DNA of 46,669 bases from a virus: the IMG/VR virus record IMGVR_UViG_3300010236_000002. One strand, 5' to 3'. The position numbers and the translations under genes were made by a program. How positions within the stretch are numbered: the stretch's first letter is position 1; every line of letters begins with the position of its first letter. Below the pieces are notes generated by a model, which ran no database searches, was not told the DNA's origin, and was given only the letters and a program-made list of their open reading frames with translations. Shown in pieces: positions 40,407 through 46,669 of this stretch.

Positions 40407-42698
40407 ATGAAACTCAAATCCCTTCTTCTCTCCCTTCTCTGCCTGTTTCTGTTCTGCGGGACGGGGTGGGGGGCGACTTGGTACACGAAAGTTGACCCCG
40501 TTAATGGGGCAACGAAGGTTTGTTATTCAACAACCTCCTTTGATGCTGCTTGTACGGAAAACAGCAACAAGACGTTTGCTGATCTGGTAACAGCGATCAC
40601 CGCAGGAGATACCATAGAATTAAGCGGAGGGTCATCGGGGGCAACGTATGAACAGGCAATCAACTTAACTAAAGCCTGTAATTTCAATGCCTCAACTGCC
40701 AGTGGACACAATGGAACGATAACGCTTGATACAAAGAGTGCTGCGGAGGGTATTGATTTTCACCATACTTCTGGGACGGTAACTATAAACGGTCCTTTTT
40801 ATCATACTTATGTATATCAAGAGGATTGTGGTGCGGGACAAGCTCTTCTTTTTCGTTCAGGGGGAAACCCAGTAATTATCAATAATTATCATCTTGTCAA
40901 ATCAAGGGCAGCAACTTGGGCGCAACATGTGAATAGCGCTAACGTTCAATTCAACTATAGCTCTATTCAAGATATCGGGGTTGGGGATCAATTATATAAT
41001 AACGCCACAACCGCCACCTATACTTTCAATTACTGCCTATTTAGGAATTGCTATTTAAACTTTGCGGGAACGCTGAACCTAAACAATAGCATCCTGATTA
41101 GGCAGACCAAGAAACGAGACGAGCATATAAATGTATTAGCGACAGGGGTATTAAATTCAAAAAATAATGTCTATTTGGGCGGTCAGATACCAGTTAACTC
41201 TACTACCGGCTCAACGGTTAATTCAACCAGTGATTATTATGAAACAACCAACTTCGACGATGCGGGGTTGTGTACTCCTGTTAATAGAGTAACTAATTTC
41301 CCAGACTTTGTGAACATGCGAGATGGGAGCGGTGAGGTTGTTATCGCCGTAGATGATATGATCGCGGATGCCTATAATTTTGCATCTGATCCAGCGGTTA
41401 TCGCTTCTGGTATTAAGATGTCCTTTGCTTATCCGGCCAACGCAAATACTTGGACAGCAACGACAATAGACTACCTGCGGTATTTCATCAATAACGGGCA
41501 TGAGGTTGCAACGCATAACAATACTCATTCTGGAATGGGCAATCTTAATTGTGGGTTTTCCCTATCCGCAACTGGAACATCACCAACAATTACTATTACA
41601 GGCACCCGTTCCGGAGATTCCTCAACGTGGACAGGCACACTACGGATTACAATCAACGGGCAGAATTTAGACGTTGATCTGGCAAACGCCTCCTATGACA
41701 CGATGGGAGAGTTATTTACTTATCTAAAAAACAAAACGGTTGGTGATGGCACTATTTCGGTTCCGTCACTAACTCCGACAGACAGCAAAGCGGCAATACT
41801 GAAAAGTTTAACTCTGGCAGATGTATCCGCACAGTCTATATCAGCCTCATATATACCGCAGTTAGATGAGACAGCCTTTATCCGATTCGAAGCGATTGAG
41901 GCGATCCTTGATTTACAAGCACGGGTAAATACTGGTTCTGACAGAAATGGCAATGGAACCGTAACAGGTATGACTCAACCAGCACCAAGTCCAGCCTATG
42001 TGTGTCATATTTTCAGGACAGCAAATGGACAAGGTCGTGTTGCATTGGAAACAGCACTTAGAGATCAAGGAACCGTGCAGATTTATGGTGGCACAGCAAT
42101 TGGAACTGGCACAGCAACAACAGATATATGGGCTGGAGGAGTGAACGCATATCAATCCAACTATCCTATCAATATGTATCGGTTCCCATACATTAACGCC
42201 ACCGATGCGCTCTATCTAACATATGTCAAATCAGCCACAGTAAGCCCTGGGAGGGTTTGGCATCCATTATATCATGAAGCCCCTACGTATGGTGGAACAA
42301 TACAGGGGCTGGTCGATCTATTTAATCAGTATGGCCTAAAGGGTGTTAGGCTTGAGGATGTCATCACCCGCGTCACGGATAGCGGCAACTGGACGGCGTG
42401 CAATACGAATTACTGGTGCTATACGGGATCATACGGGGCATACGCCGCGAAAGGTGATTTTCGGTTGAAATCGCCATCCCCTTTTATCAACGCCGGAGTC
42501 AACATCTGCACCGGAGTGGATACGCCTCTGGTGGGATGCACCGGGGCGGGAACGGGAACTTATACCGACTATGCAGGGAAGGCAATCAGGGGGCTGCCCG
42601 ACATCGGGGCGTATGAGTTCTATCCAAGTGGAGGGGGAGGGGGAGCATTTGGACGAGCATTCAAGCGCTTCTGGAATGTGTTTAATCCTATTAACTAA
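40407..42698 (+). CDS. Sec-signal-bearing parallel beta-helix protein with CE4 (NodB)-like polysaccharide deacetylase motifs (763 aa); candidate receptor-modifying enzyme or tailspike
   Basis: ATG 40407 lies 7 nt after AGGAG. Signal-peptide-like MKLKSLLLSLLCLFLFCGTGWG|A. Asn-ladder repeats (IINNYHL, FNYSSIQ, FNYCLFRNCYLNF...LNNSILI). VIAVDDM and GHEVATHNNTH match the NodB DD / HxxxH motifs. C-terminal PDIGAYEF. Lower GC than its neighbours. Confidence 0.55.
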   Translation: MKLKSLLLSLLCLFLFCGTGWGATWYTKVDPVNGATKVCYSTTSFDAACTENSNKTFADLVTAITAGDTIELSGGSSGATYEQAINLTKACNFNASTASGHNGTITLDTKSAAEGIDFHHTSGTVTINGPFYHTYVYQEDCGAGQALLFRSGGNPVIINNYHLVKSRAATWAQHVNSANVQFNYSSIQDIGVGDQLYNNATTATYTFNYCLFRNCYLNFAGTLNLNNSILIRQTKKRDEHINVLATGVLNSKNNVYLGGQIPVNSTTGSTVNSTSDYYETTNFDDAGLCTPVNRVTNFPDFVNMRDGSGEVVIAVDDMIADAYNFASDPAVIASGIKMSFAYPANANTWTATTIDYLRYFINNGHEVATHNNTHSGMGNLNCGFSLSATGTSPTITITGTRSGDSSTWTGTLRITINGQNLDVDLANASYDTMGELFTYLKNKTVGDGTISVPSLTPTDSKAAILKSLTLADVSAQSISASYIPQLDETAFIRFEAIEAILDLQARVNTGSDRNGNGTVTGMTQPAPSPAYVCHIFRTANGQGRVALETALRDQGTVQIYGGTAIGTGTATTDIWAGGVNAYQSNYPINMYRFPYINATDALYLTYVKSATVSPGRVWHPLYHEAPTYGGTIQGLVDLFNQYGLKGVRLEDVITRVTDSGNWTACNTNYWCYTGSYGAYAAKGDFRLKSPSPFINAGVNICTGVDTPLVGCTGAGTGTYTDYAGKAIRGLPDIGAYEFYPSGGGGGAFGRAFKRFWNVFNPIN

Positions 42699-42704
42699 GA
42701 ACCT

Positions 42705-42727
42705 CTATGTTCAAAATTTGAACAAAG
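42705..42727. repeat. Palindromic element copy 16 (ctatgttcaaaatttgaacaaag)
   Basis: Lies 6 nt after stop 42698. The CAAAG end is fused to the SD AAGGAG of GTG 42737. Confidence 0.9.
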
Positions 42728-42736
42728 GAGACGCAA

Positions 42737-43474
42737 GTGGACTACGTTGATATAAGAAAAAAGTTCTGCGAGATTTCTGGCCGCTACGATCTGATGACTG
42801 CTACGTATGAAGATAACGGGGCAGATTTCTTTCTGAACCTTGCGCAGAAATACCTCGACCGCTTCTTTGATGATGGAAAGGCTATCGCTCGGTATCCAGT
42901 AGCCTTGGCTGCTGGGGAGTATATAGCTAAGACTGTTGGTATTAGGTCGATCAAGGAAGTATGGATTGCGAATAGCGATGGGAAGAGCGAACTCGAAAAG
43001 TGCACTCTTCAGGGGCTGCAGACAGAATATAGCGATGGGTTTGCTTATACTGACCAAGGGACGCCAGCTTACTACGCTCCAGCAGTCTTTCGGCCTTATC
43101 CAGATACGCTGGCAAGTATCACTGGCTTGTATGGAGTAGATGACCTTATCCTCAACGCAACGGAGCACTATACCTACAATGGTGTAGTAATCATGCCCCC
43201 GCCTGATGTAGCTTACACGCTTGAGATAGTCGGGCTCTTCTACTCTCCAACGCTGAGCGCAACCCTAAGCGGTGCAGTGTGGACGCAGACTAAGAGCTAC
43301 TGGACAGAAGTCCACCCTGAGACACTGATAAAGGCTGCTATCTACCAAATGAAAGCGATGTATCATGATAGTAGCTCGGCGGACTACAAAGCTATCTTGG
43401 CTGAGGACGTAACAGGGCTAATCGCTGACGATACAGAGCAGATGCTAACTAGCTACCTCCAGATGAATGGCTAA
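42737..43474 (+). CDS. Hypothetical structural protein (245 aa), head-tail connector/tail region
   Basis: GTG 42737 lies 6 nt after AAGGAG. The call rests on position only. Confidence 0.5.
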   Translation: MDYVDIRKKFCEISGRYDLMTATYEDNGADFFLNLAQKYLDRFFDDGKAIARYPVALAAGEYIAKTVGIRSIKEVWIANSDGKSELEKCTLQGLQTEYSDGFAYTDQGTPAYYAPAVFRPYPDTLASITGLYGVDDLILNATEHYTYNGVVIMPPPDVAYTLEIVGLFYSPTLSATLSGAVWTQTKSYWTEVHPETLIKAAIYQMKAMYHDSSSADYKAILAEDVTGLIADDTEQMLTSYLQMNG

Positions 43475-43478
43475 ACGG

Positions 43479-43501
43479 CTATGTTCAAATTTTAAACAAA
43501 G
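43479..43501. repeat. Palindromic element copy 17 (ctatgttcaaattttaaacaaag)
   Basis: Lies 4 nt after stop 43474. The CAAAG end is fused to the SD AAGGAG of ATG 43510. Confidence 0.9.
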
Positions 43502-43509
43502 GAGCAGAT

Positions 43510-43875
43510 ATGTTGACAGAGGAAGAGAGGAATGAGATAATAAACGCAGCTGTGGAGAAAGCTCTGCTCATGGTGCCTCAAGTAGTAGGAAATATGATGG
43601 AGCAGATGTCTGCATATACGCAGATTAATAAGGACTTCTATGCTGCGTATCCTGAGTTCAAGCAGCATAGAGATATCGTGCAAGCAGTGGTGGAGAGTGT
43701 AGATGGGAAGAACCCGCTGATGACGTTGCAGGAGAAGTTGAACGAGGCTGTGCCAACGATTAGGGAGCAGATTAAGCTTAGAGGGAGTCTCGATGTGACG
43801 AAAGCTAGTAGGCCAAATAGAGACTTCAGAACCTTTGAAGCAGATAGACCTAGCTTGAATAATGGAGAACTGTAA
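43510..43875 (+). CDS. Hypothetical structural protein (121 aa)
   Basis: ATG 43510 lies 5 nt after AAGGAG. Confidence 0.55.
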   Translation: MLTEEERNEIINAAVEKALLMVPQVVGNMMEQMSAYTQINKDFYAAYPEFKQHRDIVQAVVESVDGKNPLMTLQEKLNEAVPTIREQIKLRGSLDVTKASRPNRDFRTFEADRPSLNNGEL

Positions 43876-44348
43876 TGGACGCAGTTGTTGTAAAAGGTGG
43901 GAAGTTCACCTTTGTTGCTAATGCGCTGGAGCTTTCCAGAGGACTTAGGCCGAGTAAGAGGACTCCGAGGAATATGGAGTATCTGGTCGAGTGCTCTGGT
44001 GCTATAGGTGATGACGGGGTGCTCTCTGTGATGGATGAGGTTACTAGGGTGGCAACTGACATTATCACGGATAGCTTCCCGTTTCCACAGATATTCGTCT
44101 TTACAAACGTGATCTTGGTCTGCGGACGGAATAAGATATACGAGTGGAATGGCACAAGTCTTGTGCTTAAGTACACAGCTACAACGGCTGGCAGTACGTG
44201 GGCAGCGGTAGACTTCTTTGATTACATCTACCTGAGCAACGGAGTTGAAGCAGTGGAGAGAGATGCAGGGAGTAAGACCTACGTGCTTTCTACTACGCTT
44301 CCAACAGCTCAGGCGATGTGTAACTATAATGGGCAAGTGATGATATGA
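43875..44348 (+). CDS. Hypothetical structural protein (157 aa)
   Basis: The ATG overlaps the upstream stop (TAATG). Confidence 0.55.
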   Translation: MDAVVVKGGKFTFVANALELSRGLRPSKRTPRNMEYLVECSGAIGDDGVLSVMDEVTRVATDIITDSFPFPQIFVFTNVILVCGRNKIYEWNGTSLVLKYTATTAGSTWAAVDFFDYIYLSNGVEAVERDAGSKTYVLSTTLPTAQAMCNYNGQVMI

Positions 44349-44445
44349 GGGCTTGCTAGTGGGCTCGGTGCGAGCGCCATTTTACTCTGACGGTGCAGAG
44401 GCAGAGAACGGGATTGGTATTATTAAATAAATAAGGAGAAACAAA

Positions 44446-44880
44446 ATGGCAAGTGCGGCAAGTAATAAGATTAAGTATTTGTTGGCGAAGAAAGTAGTTG
44501 ATTTTTCGGCTGATACATTTAAAGCTATTCTGATGCAAAGTGGATTTACTTTCGACAAGGACGCGCATCACGGATATGCAGACGTAAGTGCGAGTGAACT
44601 TGCTACTGGTAATGGCTATATAGCTGGTGGGGCTACGCTTACTGGAGTAACAGTAACAGAGAATGATATAGATGACAGGTGTGATATTACCTGGAACAAT
44701 ATATCCTGGGTAGCAAGCGGAGGTTCGATTGGCCCTGCAGCTGGAATGATTATCTATGATGATACGGTAACTACTCCGACTGCTGATCCTGTTATCTGCT
44801 ACATAGATTTTGGTTCTGATAAGACACAGGCAGATGGCGGAACCGTTACGATTTCAAGTGTTGGTGTACGGATAGCGTAA
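44446..44880 (+). CDS. Hypothetical structural protein (144 aa)
   Basis: ATG 44446 follows TAAGGAGAA. Confidence 0.55.
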   Translation: MASAASNKIKYLLAKKVVDFSADTFKAILMQSGFTFDKDAHHGYADVSASELATGNGYIAGGATLTGVTVTENDIDDRCDITWNNISWVASGGSIGPAAGMIIYDDTVTTPTADPVICYIDFGSDKTQADGGTVTISSVGVRIA

Positions 44881-44921
44881 GGCAATACGTCAAAATCGGC
44901 GTTTCTTGAAAAGGTGTAGAC

Positions 44922-46100
44922 ATGGCAGATACAAATATTACAGCTGATGTTATTGAAGTAGTTGTTACTCCAAAGCAATCAGTTGTATCGCACTATCCAG
45001 CAGCTGCACGGGATTCTGGATTAGACCAGTACTTCGATCTAAGCTGGAGTCCTGATGATCCTAGCGATGTTGATCCAGGGGCTGTATATGTCACAGTTAC
45101 TGGTGATTGGTTTAACGAAAGTGTAGTTGCTGACTTTCCTACAATCACTGTAACGCCAGTGGGTACTGGTGTTTTTGGCGGAGTGTGGGGAACAAGTACA
45201 CCTCCAACAATTACACTTTCTATTCCGGCTGATAGTTCTGACGTTGTACTGGAACAGCTTCGCAAGAACTGGGTTAAGTGGTCTAACATCGGCTCACTGG
45301 ATTTCACGATATGGAAGGATAATGTAGCCGGTGAGAGGCCGATAGATCTTCGTGGCTGGTGCTACGAGGTGAAGAAGCTCGGGAATAAGGTTGTATACTA
45401 TAGCGAGAATGGGGTTGCCTTTCTCTCTCCATCAGGTGTCCACTGGGGATTGCAGATTGTCTCTCGTATTGGCGTGAGAAGTAAGCAAGCCATCTGTGGG
45501 AACGATCAGGGACATTTCTATGTAGATCGAGAAGGTAGGCTCTGTAGGGTTGGTGAGGGAATAGAAGTTCTAGACTATAGCGAGTATATAGACCAGATGC
45601 TCTCTAACCTTGTGCTCTCCTTAGACGAGCTTAACCAGCGTGTGTATATCTGCGATGGGCTTGTCGGGTATGTTTATGATATAGCGAGCAAGAGCTTCGC
45701 TGAAGGGCCTGCGAATATTACTGGTATTGGTGTGCAAGATGGGTTGCTACTGGTCGCCGCGTCTAGCGCAATATCGGTTCCAGCGTTCTCTATGTGCACG
45801 GATATCTATGACATGGGAAACAGGAAGCAGAAGACTATACACTATCTCGATATAGGGGCGGACTTGACGAACGCTCTATACGCTGCGATAGACTATCGCT
45901 TTGACAAGAGCAGAGCATTCGATACTACCCCTTGGACAATAGTGAACCCGAATGGTAGAGCGAACCTTCCTTGTGGTGGCGTTGAGTTTCGCTTCCGCCT
46001 AAAGGCACTTGTGTATGAGCAGTTTGAGCTGGACTACATTCGAGCAGTAGGCATCCTGCATGACTACTCTTGGTTAGACTCTTTTTCATCGAAAGGATAG
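44922..46100 (+). CDS. Hypothetical tail protein (392 aa)
   Basis: ATG 44922 follows AAAGGTG. The call rests on size and position in the tail module only. Confidence 0.5.
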   Translation: MADTNITADVIEVVVTPKQSVVSHYPAAARDSGLDQYFDLSWSPDDPSDVDPGAVYVTVTGDWFNESVVADFPTITVTPVGTGVFGGVWGTSTPPTITLSIPADSSDVVLEQLRKNWVKWSNIGSLDFTIWKDNVAGERPIDLRGWCYEVKKLGNKVVYYSENGVAFLSPSGVHWGLQIVSRIGVRSKQAICGNDQGHFYVDREGRLCRVGEGIEVLDYSEYIDQMLSNLVLSLDELNQRVYICDGLVGYVYDIASKSFAEGPANITGIGVQDGLLLVAASSAISVPAFSMCTDIYDMGNRKQKTIHYLDIGADLTNALYAAIDYRFDKSRAFDTTPWTIVNPNGRANLPCGGVEFRFRLKALVYEQFELDYIRAVGILHDYSWLDSFSSKG

Positions 46101-46102
46101 AT

Positions 46103-46543
46103 ATGATTATACAACTAATTCCACCAGATATTCCTCGCTTCTGGGAGGCGATTAAGTTTGCCTGTAAGAAGGTAGATGAGGTAGACGAGAAGCATATGCC
46201 TTCTTACATGAACGAAATGCTGGTTGCTCTGCTAAACGGAGATGCACAGTGCTTCGCTAGGATCTCTGATGATAGGAAGGAGCTTCAGGCTCTCGTGGTC
46301 ACAAAGGTTTTGCATAATGCACAGTTTGACGAGAAGTATCTATATGTGCAATGCCTATACTCGTGGGAGATCGTAGAAGACGATGTGTGGCAGAGGGACA
46401 TAGACTTCATTAAGGGCTATGCCAAGCGGGAAGGCTGCAAGTATATAGGTGCTATGTCTAGAAACAAGCGTGCTCAGGACATTATGCAGATGATAGGATT
46501 TAAAGAATATACCAGAGTGTATGCTCTGAGGTTAGGAGAATAG
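46103..46543 (+). CDS. Hypothetical protein (146 aa), weak GNAT-fold resemblance
   Basis: ATG 46103 follows GAAAGGA and lies 2 nt after the upstream stop. The TTG 46070 of the ORF track overlaps the upstream gene. The C-terminal YAKREGCKYIGAMSRNKRAQDIMQMIGFKE resembles acetyltransferase motif A/B regions, but weakly. Confidence 0.45.
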   Translation: MIIQLIPPDIPRFWEAIKFACKKVDEVDEKHMPSYMNEMLVALLNGDAQCFARISDDRKELQALVVTKVLHNAQFDEKYLYVQCLYSWEIVEDDVWQRDIDFIKGYAKREGCKYIGAMSRNKRAQDIMQMIGFKEYTRVYALRLGE

Positions 46544-46545
46544 CT

Positions 46546-46669
46546 ATGGGTGGTGGTGGAAAAGGCGGTGGAGGCGGAGGCGGTGGAGATACCACAACTA
46601 CATTAAGATATGCTCCTTATCTCGAGGGGCATCATCATCATTTGCTTGATATTGCTCGGGGAAACTATC
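46546..46669 (+). CDS. 5' part of the junction-spanning Gly-rich gene (continues at nt 1-866)
   Basis: ATG 46546 lies 2 nt after stop 46543 and reads MGGGGKGGGGGGGGDTTTTLRYAPYLEGHHHHLLDIARGNY. It is in phase with the frame that ends at 866. Confidence 0.6.
   Translation, partial: MGGGGKGGGGGGGGDTTTTLRYAPYLEGHHHHLLDIARGNY
46571..46669. repeat. Terminal overlap, second copy (identical to nt 1-99)
   Basis: Direct comparison shows identity. Confidence 0.95.

Noticed and set aside
867-43501. The palindromic copies as a CRISPR array
   Set aside because: Spacing is irregular (0.75 to about 7.3 kb) with whole genes between copies. There is no leader and there are no cas genes.
867-43501. The palindromic copies as intrinsic terminators or as promoters for a phage RNA polymerase
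   Set aside because: The stems are short and A/T-rich, have no following U-tract, and are often fused to the next SD. No single-subunit or multisubunit RNA polymerase gene is present in the complete genome. Neither explanation can be fully excluded without transcript mapping.
1-46669. Lysogeny module (integrase, CI-like repressor, excisionase) or toxin-antitoxin/defence islands
   Set aside because: No ORF shows tyrosine- or serine-recombinase or repressor motifs. The small HTH/RHH-like ORFs are too weakly characterised to call. The genome looks strictly lytic.

Overview
This window is a complete tailed-phage genome. Nt 1-99 repeat exactly at 46571-46669, so the unique sequence is 46,570 bp, and one gene (ATG 46546 to stop 866) spans the junction. 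Coding is dense and forms two opposing blocks. They diverge from a sigma70-type promoter region at about 27.7-28.1 kb and converge on a terminator at about 7.97-8.02 kb. The rightward block (28157, across the junction, to 7961) encodes an HTH/small-terminase-like protein, a lysis cassette (1-TMD holin candidate, T7-lysozyme-type amidase), a DUF1353-like protein, large terminase, portal, scaffold, and capsid and tail genes. It also encodes a Sec-signal beta-helix/CE4-deacetylase-like protein and three internal-virion-type proteins ending in an 1832-aa giant. The leftward block (27361 down to 7906) encodes many small early ORFs behind near-consensus promoters, then ATP-dependent DNA ligase, Cas4/RecB-like exonuclease, Sak4-like ATPase, a DUF669-like protein and dCMP deaminase. 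It ends with a ParB-HTH-DNA methyltransferase fusion, a UDG-like/3'-5' exo/family A DNA polymerase and a P-loop helicase-like protein. I saw no integrase, repressor, RNA polymerase, CRISPR array or convincing tRNA. The most notable observations are four. (i) A 23-bp palindromic element (CTWTGTTYAAAWTTTRAACAWAG) occurs in 16 strong copies plus 1 degenerate copy at gene boundaries on both blocks, often fused to the Shine-Dalgarno of the next gene. It looks like a genome-wide operator or RNA-control system with no assigned binding factor; its half-site resembles parS and the phage encodes a ParB-HTH fusion. (ii) There are five homing-type elements: LAGLIDADG inteins in the DNA polymerase and the portal (the latter ending in Gln), a LAGLIDADG-carrying group I intron splitting the major capsid gene, and two free-standing HNH genes. 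(iii) A composite inverted repeat of about 270 bp with an A/T core at 26.4-26.7 kb is a candidate origin. (iv) Several near-consensus early promoters drive small paralogous or acidic proteins. All functional calls rest on motif recognition by eye; no database search or folding program was available.
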